From NCBI GenBank assembly GCA_018696595.1, contig JABHQW010000005.1:25721-89720 (forward strand): DNA of 64,000 nucleotides, given 5' to 3'. A model generated the notes under the pieces. It was given only the letters and a program-made list of their open reading frames with translations, ran no database searches and had not been told where the DNA came from. The DNA is from Candidatus Woesearchaeota archaeon. GTDB lineage: Archaea > Nanobdellota > Nanobdellia > Woesearchaeales > GW2011-AR9. This document shows positions 31,495-41,758 of this stretch, piece after piece (the first letter of the stretch is position 1; each line of letters begins with the position of its first letter). The position numbers and the translations under genes were made by a program.

Positions 31495-32625
31495 TTATTC
31501 CAAGATTATGCGCACAATCTTATTGATTGATCTTTCCCAAGAGAAAGAATAAGCGACTGTTTTACGAGCATTTCTACCCAAACGTTCCATTAATTCTTCA
31601 TTCTTAAGCAATTTTTCAATTTTAATGGCTAACATAGTAGAACTATTCCTAGGAAAAAAGATCCCATTGTGATTACGAATCAGATAATTCTTGATAAAAC
31701 CAACCTTAGTTGCAATAACAGGTAAACCACAAGACATCGCCTCCAATGTAGCCAAAGAAGTTGTTTCTGTCAAACTAGGCATTACAAAAATGTCCATCGC
31801 TTTAATGTATTTCTCAACATTATCAACAAAACCAGTAACTTTACAATTCTTGAGTTCTTTAAGTTTCTTAACTAATTCTGGATTCCCGTCTCCAACCATC
31901 AATAATTGTAAATTACTTTGCGCGGGTAATTTCTGAAAGGCTTCCATTAAGATGTTTATGTTTTTCTCATTAGAAATTCTTCCGACATAACCAATTACTT
32001 TTTTGTTTGGGTTAAGACCACACTTCTTTTTTTGTTCGGCTTTATCTTTTGAAGGGGAAAACTTTTCAATATCCACACCTAAACGGGCAACCTTAATGGG
32101 TGTCTTGACACCCCTCTTAACAAGTTCTTCTTTTAATTCTTGATAAGGAGCAATCACTAAAGAAGAAAGGTTTCCCAATCTTTTCATTAAAGGTTTCATA
32201 AAAAAATAAAGAATCTTTGTAAGGGGAGTAATTAGAAATTTCTTAAAAAAATCCCACAAATTAACATGCATATAAAAAACTACTTTTTTCTTTTTTATTC
32301 TTCCTAAAACAATAGCAATCGCACTTAACATTGCTGGTCCTTGAACAAAAACAGTGTCTGTTTGATTAATTTGATTGATAATCTTCTTGTAATTTTTGAA
32401 GGAAAATAGTTTTATTGAAGCATATCCTGATGATTTAATTATTTTAGAAACACCAATAAAAGTTATTTCCTTAGTGTCTTTTTTCTTTTCAAAGTTGGGA
32501 ACAAGTAAATGATAATCAAAATCTCTATTCGCTCTTTTAGTAAATTCTTCAACAAATTTTAAAGTACCATCTATTTTAGGATAATAAGTGTCCACCACAA
32601 TTAATAGTTTTGGTTTTTCATTCAT
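31495..32625 (-). CDS. Glycosyltransferase family 4
   Basis: GYVGRISNEKN, DIFVMPSLTET..LATLEAMSCGLPVIATKVG. Confidence 0.92.
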   Translation of the reverse strand: MNEKPKLLIVVDTYYPKIDGTLKFVEEFTKRANRDFDYHLLVPNFEKKKDTKEITFIGVSKIIKSSGYASIKLFSFKNYKKIINQINQTDTVFVQGPAMLSAIAIVLGRIKKKKVVFYMHVNLWDFFKKFLITPLTKILYFFMKPLMKRLGNLSSLVIAPYQELKEELVKRGVKTPIKVARLGVDIEKFSPSKDKAEQKKKCGLNPNKKVIGYVGRISNEKNINILMEAFQKLPAQSNLQLLMVGDGNPELVKKLKELKNCKVTGFVDNVEKYIKAMDIFVMPSLTETTSLATLEAMSCGLPVIATKVGFIKNYLIRNHNGIFFPRNSSTMLAIKIEKLLKNEELMERLGRNARKTVAYSFSWERSINKIVRIILE

Positions 32626-33272
32626 TTTATTCGAAAGAACTTTTCCGCAAAGAGAGTTCTAATTTTAATGCCATTTTTGATTGCTCGAAATACCAGTAAG
32701 ATAAATGGATATGCAACGTGAACTTTTTGGCTTTTAAATTCTTTTAAAGCATCTAACTTTCTGGAAAATGTTTTTCTTACGTCTACATATAAAGCAGGCC
32801 AACTTGTTTTAAACGAAACAGGATTCCAAACAGAATAAACATAAACTTCTGGTTTTGGTTGAAAATTTACTTTTTCATAAAGATCTAAAGTTATTCTTTG
32901 TACTGTTTTATGGTCTGGGTGGGGATCTTCAATACTGTGAGTGAATATTTTAGTTGGTTTCTCTTTGTTAAGAATTTTAAGTAGTTTTTCTTCCAGATGA
33001 TATTTATCATAATCTTCTTGAATCTTTTGATCACCTAACTTTAGAAAGATTGTTTCGCAACCCATTAATTCTCCCGCCACTAGAGTTTCTTGGGATCTAA
33101 TTCCTTTGATAACATGATCTTTTAACCAGAAATGTGATAATTCCCCCAAAGAGAAAACAACAGAGATTACTTTCTTACCTTCTTCAATGTATTTAGCGAT
33201 AGTTCCGCCTGCCCCAATAACAAAATCATCAGTATGGGCCCCAAATACAAAGATTGTCTCTTTTTTCGCCAT
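32622..33272 (-). CDS. PIG-L/LmbE family N-acetylglucosamine deacetylase
   Basis: GAHTDD..IGAGG and DPHPDH motifs; ATGA overlap with the GT4 gene. Confidence 0.9.
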   Translation of the reverse strand: MAKKETIFVFGAHTDDFVIGAGGTIAKYIEEGKKVISVVFSLGELSHFWLKDHVIKGIRSQETLVAGELMGCETIFLKLGDQKIQEDYDKYHLEEKLLKILNKEKPTKIFTHSIEDPHPDHKTVQRITLDLYEKVNFQPKPEVYVYSVWNPVSFKTSWPALYVDVRKTFSRKLDALKEFKSQKVHVAYPFILLVFRAIKNGIKIRTLFAEKFFRIK

Positions 33273-33356
33273 TGTAATGGGAAATATATTTTACTTTATT
33301 TAACTTTTTGTTTTATGGTAACTTTTATAAAGAAATAGTGAAATTAAACCTTTATT

Positions 33357-33462
33357 GCACCCGTAGTTTAATGGCTAGAATCCGGGCCTTCCATAAGGCC
33401 TGTAATCAACTACTCGCTTTTGAAGTGAGCCTGTGATCCGGGTTCGAATCCCGGCGGGTGCA
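33357..33462 (+). tRNA. tRNA-Gly(UCC) with 34-nt intron at 37/38 (33394-33427)
   Basis: GCACCCG/CGGGUGC acceptor, CGGGC/GCCUG anticodon stem, CCGGG UUCGAAU CCCGG T arm. BHB with CUUC/GAAG helix and UG^A bulge. Confidence 0.92.
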
Positions 33463-33476
33463 TTTATATTTCTTAT

Positions 33477-33836
33477 TCAACCTAACCAGATCTGATCATC
33501 TTTAGAAAGAATTGTCCCCACATAATTCTGTTCTGCAAAATATTCAACTTGTTTCTTAGTCATCTTAGAAACAGGAACGTAACCAAAATCACGTTGAGGA
33601 ACAGAATGTTCAATTCTTTGTTTTTTCAATTCCGTTAGAATCTGGTTTAAACCCAAGCTACCACACCGATAAAAGTGAAAGAAAGTCTTTCCATTACCAA
33701 TCTCTTTGTAACCTTGAAAATTGTAACCAGTACCAAAAATAACCACATCAAATTTAGCGCGATTACTACTAGAAGCAGCAAGCTTTTCTTCCAAAGTTTC
33801 CGAAAGTTCAGGTAGTTTAAGCACTTTCCTGCCCAA
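33477..33836 (-). CDS. Hypothetical protein
   Basis: 119-aa TTG-initiated ORF; no family recognised. Confidence 0.5.
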   Translation of the reverse strand: MGRKVLKLPELSETLEEKLAASSSNRAKFDVVIFGTGYNFQGYKEIGNGKTFFHFYRCGSLGLNQILTELKKQRIEHSVPQRDFGYVPVSKMTKKQVEYFAEQNYVGTILSKDDQIWLG

Positions 33837-33924
33837 ATATCAATGTAATATATAAAAGATTACATTCTGAAAGAGATAGTAAATATTAAATACTAATTAT
33901 ATTTCTTTGAGTATAGGTGATAGC

Positions 33925-34260
33925 ATGAAGATAACTATTGATACAAAACACGACACTCATGAAGACATTCGCAAAGTGTTACACATTCTAACTCACATTC
34001 TTGAAAACAAAGAAAGTAATGCTAAGTTAGATTCTAATTTTAATATCAATTCTAATATTAATTCAAATCCCGTAACTACTGAAGACAAACCAGCTGGATT
34101 TATGAACATGTTTGGAGATTCTTCAACATCAACACCAAGCGATGAACCCACTCAAACAGAACAAGAAACGGCTCCAGACTTCAGCAACTTCATGAATCTA
34201 ATGAACAAGAAAGAAGATGATGGTGAAAATAAAGAAGAACCTAAGCTAGAGTTTTTCTAG
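33925..34260 (+). CDS. Hypothetical protein with low-complexity acidic C-terminus
   Basis: AGGTGA Shine-Dalgarno before ATG 33925 (MKITIDTK). Confidence 0.7.
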   Translation: MKITIDTKHDTHEDIRKVLHILTHILENKESNAKLDSNFNINSNINSNPVTTEDKPAGFMNMFGDSSTSTPSDEPTQTEQETAPDFSNFMNLMNKKEDDGENKEEPKLEFF

Positions 34261-35501
34261 AAAACCCACATTAATCCCAAACCCAAAAGAATTAGTACAA
34301 CATAAAACGCTAGAATGATCTTACCAAATTTCTTTCTATCTCCAAAGATGTAAGCAATTCCGCCTTTCACACCAACATTAGTTAAAGCAGCAAGAAGAAT
34401 TCCATTTCTCGCAATATCTAAAGATAAACTGGTTTTCGATAGTTGTGATAAAGAAACAGTAATTGCATCAACATCTGCAAACCCTGAAATAAAACTTACT
34501 AAATAAACTCCTTTTGAAGACAAATAAACGTCAGCAACTTTTACTAAAGCTAAGATTACAGCAAAGAACACACCAAACTTTAATGCCGGACCCAAAGTAA
34601 AAGGAGAACTTAAATGAACTTTACCTTTAGCCTCTTTAGCTTTTCTCCATAACAGATAAGAAAAGATTGCACAGATCACAATCAAGATTGAAATTGGCAA
34701 AATTAATTCCCACAACAATTCTTTATTAATTACAAACACTTCAATTAAAATTCTTACAAACATAATTGTATTGGCAAGAATAACACCTAAAACCAAAGTA
34801 CGATAAATCTTTGTTTCTTTCTTGCTTCTTACTGCGAAACTTGAAGTAACTGCTGTACTGGAAACTAAACCACCAAGAATACCAGCGATTGTAATTCCTC
34901 TTTCACCAAACCATTTCATTAACACATAACCAGCAAAACCAATCCCAGAAATGAAAACGACCATTAACCAAATAACGTAAGGATTAAACATTTCTAAAGG
35001 GCCGTAACCTTGATTTGGTAATAAAGGAAGAATAACAAAAGCAATTACTGCAAACTTTAAAGTGTCTGCCATCTCTAATGGTTTAATCTTTTTGGCAAAG
35101 TGATGCAACATTGATCGAGCATAAAGAATAATCGTAATAATAACTGCTAGGACAATTGCAAGAGTAACTTCCCCATAATAAGATAAAACGCCTAAAAAGA
35201 AAACTAAAAACCCAGCAACTTCTGATGTTGCCCCAGAATGATGCCGAGAATGGCCAGCAATGTTATAATAAGCAAAGATAATAAGTATTCCCGTCAAGAC
35301 AATACCAACAATCAGAATCATGGGAGAGATTAGTTCTCCAAGGTAAGCAGATAACGCACCAAACAAAGCAATTAATGGAAACGTTCGAATACCAGCATAA
35401 TCATTGCCTCTTTTTCTATACCTAGCATATTCTCTTTCTAGCCCGACAAGTGCTCCTAACGCTAACGCAATTAAAAAGTTTTGTAAGATTGCTAATTCCA
35501 T
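34257..35501 (-). CDS. MgtC/SapB + DUF4010 membrane protein
   Basis: ALALGALVGLERE, AGIRTFPLI, GGLVSSTAVT, GFADVDAIT. Confidence 0.9.
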   Translation of the reverse strand: MELAILQNFLIALALGALVGLEREYARYRKRGNDYAGIRTFPLIALFGALSAYLGELISPMILIVGIVLTGILIIFAYYNIAGHSRHHSGATSEVAGFLVFFLGVLSYYGEVTLAIVLAVIITIILYARSMLHHFAKKIKPLEMADTLKFAVIAFVILPLLPNQGYGPLEMFNPYVIWLMVVFISGIGFAGYVLMKWFGERGITIAGILGGLVSSTAVTSSFAVRSKKETKIYRTLVLGVILANTIMFVRILIEVFVINKELLWELILPISILIVICAIFSYLLWRKAKEAKGKVHLSSPFTLGPALKFGVFFAVILALVKVADVYLSSKGVYLVSFISGFADVDAITVSLSQLSKTSLSLDIARNGILLAALTNVGVKGGIAYIFGDRKKFGKIILAFYVVLILLGLGLMWVF

Positions 35502-35667
35502 TAATGTACCTCTTTTTAGTTAAGTAATGTTTTTTTGTTTATATATTTAACTCACCAACTCATTTAATTTTGTTATAAAACCAACATGCACGGCGCTTTA
35601 GATTTCTTCTAGCGAAGAAATGCGCCTCCATTGGCAATGTAGGTTTTATAACTAGATGAGCAACTAT

Positions 35668-36294
35668 CTAACCACACTCTTCTTTAACGCTCTTAATAGT
35701 AAACGTGAACTGAACAGACTTAATCGTTGGATGAGTAACAACTTCACTTTTTTCACCAACTAAAACAATAATGTATTGTTCGCTAAGTAATTTCCCTGCA
35801 TTCTTTTTCTTAATCTTTACAGGAACAACAATATCATCAGATTCGGGACAATAATTTGGACCGGAAGCTAAAGCCCATTCTAAAGCGCCAGCAGCAGTAT
35901 AATCTCCTTGTCCTCTGTTTAAAGTAAAAGTTTGACCATCACTTGTTTCAATTACAACAGAATTAAAGTTACATTTCTCTGTACAACCTTCTGTTTTATA
36001 CAGGTTCGCAATCGTCCCACAATCCCCATCAATACAGAAAGTTCCAACTTCACATTCAGCATTAGTTTGACAACCAACAGTTTCTTCTACTTCTGGTTCG
36101 GGTTCTTCAGAAACAACGGGTTCTTCAGTTTCTTCTAAAGTTGTCTCAGGAATAACTTCTTTCACTTCAGAATCAATTCCTAAGGCGTCACCTAATTTTT
36201 CATAACTCTTTTCTTTCACATAATCGTAACTCAAATATCCAGTGGAAAATAGAACAACTAAAATCAACACAATAATAATTAATAACTTTTTCAT
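35668..36294 (-). CDS. Membrane-anchored/secreted protein with small Cys-rich module
   Basis: N-terminal TM after MKK; CQTNAECEVGTFCIDGDC. Start set at the ATG after a GGTGA Shine-Dalgarno. Confidence 0.7.
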   Translation of the reverse strand: MKKLLIIIVLILVVLFSTGYLSYDYVKEKSYEKLGDALGIDSEVKEVIPETTLEETEEPVVSEEPEPEVEETVGCQTNAECEVGTFCIDGDCGTIANLYKTEGCTEKCNFNSVVIETSDGQTFTLNRGQGDYTAAGALEWALASGPNYCPESDDIVVPVKIKKKNAGKLLSEQYIIVLVGEKSEVVTHPTIKSVQFTFTIKSVKEECG

Positions 36295-36357
36295 CAATAT
36301 CACCTGAAAATAAAGAAAGTTAATTGGTATATAAAAGTTTTTATGGTACCCTACAAT

Positions 36358-37464
36358 TTATTTCTTATCTTTATGTTTAAAATTGAAGCAACCAACAGTT
36401 CTAACATAACCATTTTTTAACAATGATTCAGTATTCAATTCTTCTGTAGCCCTACCTAAACAAGAAAAACATTTCTTTTCTTCATAGTTCTTGCAGGAAT
36501 CTATACACTTACCAACATAATTATGTCCTCTAATAATCTTTGTAATGTCCTTTTCCCAAATCTCTGCCAAACTTTCCTGCTTAACATTTCCAAGAACGAC
36601 TTGATCAGAAGCCACACAAGGATGTACGCCCCCTTTTTTATCAAGGTACAAATGATGATTAAATCTTGTACAGGGTGGACTTGCTATATAAGTTCCGTGA
36701 GATTCCCATTCATTCCCGTATTCTTCTCTGTCAATCTGACTTAATTTTTCAATAACAGGTTTAGCAATTTTCTCAATAGCATCAAGATTACAAGTTTTTC
36801 CCCTTCCACGAGAAATTGGAGTATCTGCATCAAAAATTAAATTATTATCCCGGGCATATCTAAAAATGTTTGGAAACTCTTTAGAACTTTCTTCTAAAAG
36901 GGTAGTGACTACTCCTAATCTACTTCCGTCATTATATCCTCTGTTAATCATTCTCTTTAGTGCATCATCTCTTCTTGCAGTGTATCCCTTGGAATCAACA
37001 ATTTTGTCCTGGACAGCATTTATTTGGCTATTGTACTTAACCAACAATCTAATGTTTTGGTAATCGTCTAACTGATCTAAGACTTTATCTGTCAGTAAAT
37101 CCCCGGTAGTAAAAATGGTGGTAAAAATATCTTTTGATTTATTGTAACCTAAAATATTGAACAAATCTGTTATATTTCTTTTATGAAATGGTTCTCCAGC
37201 CCCCACAATTCCAATTCTCGTCCCACCAAAAGAAGAGAATTCATCAATCACATCTAAAATTCTTTCAATCGAAACATTATCTGAAGAAGAATCAACCCCA
37301 CCAGACTCAGCAAAGCAATAACCACACTTAAGATGACAGCTCCCTCCAATCTCTAACCAAATTTCATCTAGTCGATCAATTATGCAACCCAAGCCTTCGT
37401 GTGCAGATGTTTTCCAGTTTTTAATAGTTGTTTTGTTACCCATTAGTGAATAATCTAACGACAC
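36358..37464 (-). CDS. Radical SAM/SPASM domain protein
   Basis: CHLKCGYC, GAGEPF, and SPASM cysteines (PPC, VHPC, LGNV, KC..C..C..C.GRA). Confidence 0.88.
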   Translation of the reverse strand: MSLDYSLMGNKTTIKNWKTSAHEGLGCIIDRLDEIWLEIGGSCHLKCGYCFAESGGVDSSSDNVSIERILDVIDEFSSFGGTRIGIVGAGEPFHKRNITDLFNILGYNKSKDIFTTIFTTGDLLTDKVLDQLDDYQNIRLLVKYNSQINAVQDKIVDSKGYTARRDDALKRMINRGYNDGSRLGVVTTLLEESSKEFPNIFRYARDNNLIFDADTPISRGRGKTCNLDAIEKIAKPVIEKLSQIDREEYGNEWESHGTYIASPPCTRFNHHLYLDKKGGVHPCVASDQVVLGNVKQESLAEIWEKDITKIIRGHNYVGKCIDSCKNYEEKKCFSCLGRATEELNTESLLKNGYVRTVGCFNFKHKDKK

Positions 37465-37539
37465 AGTAATTAAACATTTCTATTAAAATATTTAATAAAT
37501 GGAGAAAGTTTTATATAAACTATGCCCTTTTATTAAATA

Positions 37540-38496
37540 ATGACCCTAGATTTGAAAGACAAGAAAATACTTTTTGAATTAGACAAGGATAGTAATGCCA
37601 GTTTCTCAGAGATTGCTAAAAAAGTTCGACTTAGTAAAGAAGTAGTTTTTCATAGAATCAACCGACTTGTAGAAAAGAAAATAATCTTAAAGTTTCATAC
37701 TGTACCAGCAAGCTATCGATTTGGCCTAACTGCTTACAAAGTATATTTAAGATTAAGTGATATTTCAAAAGAAAACTGGGACACATTAGTTAATTATTTA
37801 ATAAAGAACAAAAAAGTTTTTTGGATTGGCACATGTAAAGGCCGGTGGGATTTAATATTTGGAATTTGGGCAAAGACAATTGAAGATTTTTTTACAATTC
37901 ATGATCAAATTTTAGATAAATTTAATAAATATATCCAGGACAAAGAACTTTCTATAAGTCGTGAGAGCTTCCAATATAACAGAAGATGGTTTTATCATGA
38001 CATATTAGACCCAGTAGAATTTAATTTTGGAGAAAAAGAAGAGAAAGTCCAATTAGATGAAAGAAATCAAGAAATATTAAATATCTTGACAGATAATTCA
38101 AGAACAAAATTAATTGAAGTTTCCAAAAAAATTAAACTAAATTCTAAGATGGTAGCTTATAGAATTAAAAGAATGAAGAAAGAAGGAATAATAAAAGGTT
38201 ACAAAATTTTATTAAACCCTTCTTTGATGGGATTTAGTACATGTAAAGCTTTTGTTTTTTTCAAAAATATAAATGAAACTAAAAAGAAAGAATTCATAGA
38301 ATATTGTAAGAGATTACCCAACACAATCAATATCGTGATTACTTTTGCCCCCTGGGATTTGGAAATTATGTTTGAAACTAAAACATATGAGGATTATTTT
38401 AAAATTATGGATGATGTTAAAGAAAGATTCAAAAACATAATTAAAATTTATGATAGTGTTTTAATCAGCTCTGAACCAAAACAAAAATTTTTATGA
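37540..38496 (+). CDS. Lrp/AsnC family regulator with two tandem HTH+RAM units
   Basis: LDLKDKKILFEL..SFSEIAKKV and a second LDERNQEILNIL..IAYRIKRM-type unit; GRWDL and APWDL. Confidence 0.88.
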   Translation: MTLDLKDKKILFELDKDSNASFSEIAKKVRLSKEVVFHRINRLVEKKIILKFHTVPASYRFGLTAYKVYLRLSDISKENWDTLVNYLIKNKKVFWIGTCKGRWDLIFGIWAKTIEDFFTIHDQILDKFNKYIQDKELSISRESFQYNRRWFYHDILDPVEFNFGEKEEKVQLDERNQEILNILTDNSRTKLIEVSKKIKLNSKMVAYRIKRMKKEGIIKGYKILLNPSLMGFSTCKAFVFFKNINETKKKEFIEYCKRLPNTINIVITFAPWDLEIMFETKTYEDYFKIMDDVKERFKNIIKIYDSVLISSEPKQKFL

Positions 38497-38522
38497 AAAA
38501 ATGCTCACAATAAAGGCGCTGC

Positions 38523-41500
38523 TTAAACTTTACTAAACCAAACAGAAAACTTTTCCCACTTAACTTTAAACTCTGCCTGATGTTCATGCTTCCTTACAGA
38601 ATCAGCAATAGAGATCTCCATTTTATCTGCTCCGATTTTCTCTTCAATCTCGGGCTTAAAAGGTTCAAGCATTTCTTTCATTTCCTTGCTAACTTTCAAC
38701 AACAAAACAATTGAATCTAACTTTTCAAGTCCTGCTTTCTTTCTCAGCTGTTGAATATTTCTCATCACTTCACGAGCATATCCTTCAGCATCCAATTCTT
38801 CACTTCTCTCGGTATTCAAATAAACTTGCCCGGACCTAAACTCACTTTCCTGGAAAATATCTGGAACTTCTCTCTCAACAATAATCATATCTTTAGTAAT
38901 CTTAACTTCTTTATCACCAATAGAAAACGTATAAACACTTTCTTTTTCTAAATGTCCAATAATAGTTTCAGGACTATCAATAGTTAACTTAGTAGCAATC
39001 TCTGGAGTTAACTGACCATAAGCCTTACCAATTTTTCCGGGATCACATTTGATTTTAATAGACACACCAGGCAAACTCTCTAAAACATTAATAGATTTAG
39101 TATTAACTTGTTTTTGAATTATGTCCCTCATCTTTTCAACAGCAGCAATCACTTCTTGTTTCTTACTAACAACAACAATTTCTTTAACTGGCCATCTTAA
39201 ACCAAGTTTAGCTTTCTCCCTAGCATTCAAAGCAGATTGAACAATTTGTTTAGAAGCTTCAACTGACTGTTCTAACTCTAAATCAATCTTTTCTTCATTA
39301 ACTGTTGGAAAATTATAATGCATAATGCTTGACTCTTTCAAATTAAACTCTTCCTTGAAATTCTGATAAATTGCTTCAGTAATAAAAGGAGAAATTATGT
39401 TAAATGATTTAATGAATTCCATCAAAACATTAAAGATTGTATAAACTGCAACTTCTTTTTCTTGTTCTTCTCCTAAAGCACATTTATCTCTAACCATTTG
39501 GATATAAGTTCGACTTAATTCTAAAAATAATTCTTCTAATGGAGCAATAGTTTCGTCTAAACGATACTGTTCAAATAATTCTGTTACTTTCTTTAAAGTA
39601 GAATTTAGTTTAGAGAAAATGTATTTCTCTTCGATCCCTAAAACGTTCTCAACAATACTTTTATCAATCTTAACTGGATTAATTTTGTTTTCTTTACACA
39701 AATTAATTAAGAATTTATGAGTGTTCCAAAGGATTAACAAGTGTCTTCCTTTCAAAGCTGCTTCATCCCAACTAAACTTAATATCTTGACCAGCGTTAGT
39801 TTGACACATGTAATATCTTAAAACGTCTGCGCCATGTTTAGTGATCATTTCATTAGGAGAAATAATGTTGCCAATAGATTTACTCATCTTAGTTCCTTCA
39901 ACATCTCTGATCATTCCGTGCATGTAAACATTTTTGTAACAATTCTTATCCATCGCTAATTGTGAACAGATTGATAACATACTAAACCATAACCTAACTT
40001 GTTCAGTTGCTTCCAAAATCAAATCAGCAGGAAAGTTATCAACAAAGTGTTCTTCACTTTGCGGATAATATAAACAATTCCAAGAAGCTGTACCTGCATC
40101 AATCCAAACATCTAAAATGTCAGGAATTCTTTTCATTGTTCCCTTACCACATTTACATTTCCATTTAACTTCATCAATCCAAGGACGATGTAAATCTTCA
40201 GGAATATTTTCTTTACCAACTTTAACTTCAAGCTCTTTAACAGAACCAATAACTTCAATCTCTTTACAATCTTCTTGATCACATTCCCATAACGGAACAG
40301 GAGTTCCCCAATATCTTTGTCGGGTAATAGAATTATCTTTCAAGTTTGAAGTCCAAGCATCAAAACCTTGGGTCTTAGGAACCCAATGAACTTTAGCGTT
40401 CTCTTGAATCATCTCTACTCTAAGATCTTCGATCTTAAAGAACCATTGTTTGGTTGTTTTGAAAATAACAGGTTTATGACATCGCCAACAAGTAGGATAA
40501 TCGTGCTCAACTTTTGTTGTTGCAATTAAGAAACCATCTTTTTCCATATCTTCAATAAACTTTTTATCATCAACTTTAGCAATCCTTCCGGCAAATCTTT
40601 CTCCAATCTCTTTTGGGAATTCTCCTTTCTCAGTAAGATTGTTAAACGCAGGTAAACCATATTCCTTTCCAACAACCTGATCCTCAGGACCACACCCAGG
40701 TGCGCAATGTACTAACCCAGATCCAGCAGTGAAGTCAACATGTTGTTCTGATAAAATAACTGTATGTAATTTAGGATGTTTCTCTTTCATTTCTTTGAAT
40801 TGTGGAATATCCTTTTCCCAAGGATGAACATATTCAGTTCCCAAAAGAGTTTCTCCTTTGAACTCTTCAACAACTGTTAATGCTTTACCAACAACAGATT
40901 GCACAAGTGGACCAACTAAACTTTTCCCGATAACCCAAAGTTCTTCATGATCTTCAAAATCTAATTTAGCTTTTACATAATCCAAATTAGGATTAACCAT
41001 AATTGCAAGATTGAAAGGAATTGTCCAAGGAGTAGTTGTCCAAATAACTAAGAATTCATTTTCTTTACCTTTGATTGGAAATTTTAAGAATACTGAATCT
41101 TCTGTTAATTCTTGATATTCACATTCGTGTTTAGCTAAAGCAGTTTCACAATTACCACACCAAGTCATAGATTTGTCTCCAAGGTATAATCTATCTTTTT
41201 TCCAAGCTTGTTTAACCATCCACCATTCTCCTTCCATATAATTATTGGTTAAAGCCATGTAAGGGTCGTCAAATTTAATTGTACAACCAATTCTTCTGAA
41301 ATCATCATCCATGGTTGCTGCTCTTGCTTTTGCATACTCTTCGCAGAGCTTGATAAATTTACCAACACCAAAACTTTCAATATCTTCTTTAGCTTTAAGA
41401 TCATTTTCTGCCATAACTTTATGAGCAGTAGGTAATCCATGAACATCATAACCATTTCTGTCCCAAACATTGAATCCTTGACTTCTTTTATATCTCAAGG

Positions 41501-41693
41501 CCATATCTTTCAAAGCATAATTCCAAGCATGTCCAAGGTGAATTCTTCCAGAAGTATAAGGTGGGCCTTGTAAGAAGGTAAACTTTTTACCATTTTCATT
41601 TTTATCTTTTAGTTTCTGTAGGATCTTTTGATTCTTCCAGAATTCTAGCATCTCTGGTTCAAGTTCTTTATGATTGTAATTAGGATATTTCAT
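38523..41693 (-). CDS. ileS: Isoleucyl-tRNA synthetase
   Basis: GPPYTSG..HLGH (HIGH), WTTTPWTIP editing domain, RQRYWG, KMSKS. Confidence 0.96.
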   Translation of the reverse strand: MKYPNYNHKELEPEMLEFWKNQKILQKLKDKNENGKKFTFLQGPPYTSGRIHLGHAWNYALKDMALRYKRSQGFNVWDRNGYDVHGLPTAHKVMAENDLKAKEDIESFGVGKFIKLCEEYAKARAATMDDDFRRIGCTIKFDDPYMALTNNYMEGEWWMVKQAWKKDRLYLGDKSMTWCGNCETALAKHECEYQELTEDSVFLKFPIKGKENEFLVIWTTTPWTIPFNLAIMVNPNLDYVKAKLDFEDHEELWVIGKSLVGPLVQSVVGKALTVVEEFKGETLLGTEYVHPWEKDIPQFKEMKEKHPKLHTVILSEQHVDFTAGSGLVHCAPGCGPEDQVVGKEYGLPAFNNLTEKGEFPKEIGERFAGRIAKVDDKKFIEDMEKDGFLIATTKVEHDYPTCWRCHKPVIFKTTKQWFFKIEDLRVEMIQENAKVHWVPKTQGFDAWTSNLKDNSITRQRYWGTPVPLWECDQEDCKEIEVIGSVKELEVKVGKENIPEDLHRPWIDEVKWKCKCGKGTMKRIPDILDVWIDAGTASWNCLYYPQSEEHFVDNFPADLILEATEQVRLWFSMLSICSQLAMDKNCYKNVYMHGMIRDVEGTKMSKSIGNIISPNEMITKHGADVLRYYMCQTNAGQDIKFSWDEAALKGRHLLILWNTHKFLINLCKENKINPVKIDKSIVENVLGIEEKYIFSKLNSTLKKVTELFEQYRLDETIAPLEELFLELSRTYIQMVRDKCALGEEQEKEVAVYTIFNVLMEFIKSFNIISPFITEAIYQNFKEEFNLKESSIMHYNFPTVNEEKIDLELEQSVEASKQIVQSALNAREKAKLGLRWPVKEIVVVSKKQEVIAAVEKMRDIIQKQVNTKSINVLESLPGVSIKIKCDPGKIGKAYGQLTPEIATKLTIDSPETIIGHLEKESVYTFSIGDKEVKITKDMIIVEREVPDIFQESEFRSGQVYLNTERSEELDAEGYAREVMRNIQQLRKKAGLEKLDSIVLLLKVSKEMKEMLEPFKPEIEEKIGADKMEISIADSVRKHEHQAEFKVKWEKFSVWFSKV

Positions 41694-41734
41694 ATTAAGA
41701 AGTGAGTGGGGGGTTATTTAAAAATATATTGCTT

Positions 41735-41758
41735 TTAAAAAAGAAAAAAAGAAAAAAA
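41735..41758 (-). terminator. Oligo-T terminator-like tract
   Basis: A6-G-A7-G-A7 run on + immediately after the stop of the minus-strand gene at 41759; a similar tract lies at 45078-45103. Confidence 0.55.

Noticed and set aside
35668-37464. RiPP cluster around the SPASM enzyme
   Set aside because: No short precursor peptide or transporter is adjacent, and the downstream gene has its own TATA and Shine-Dalgarno.
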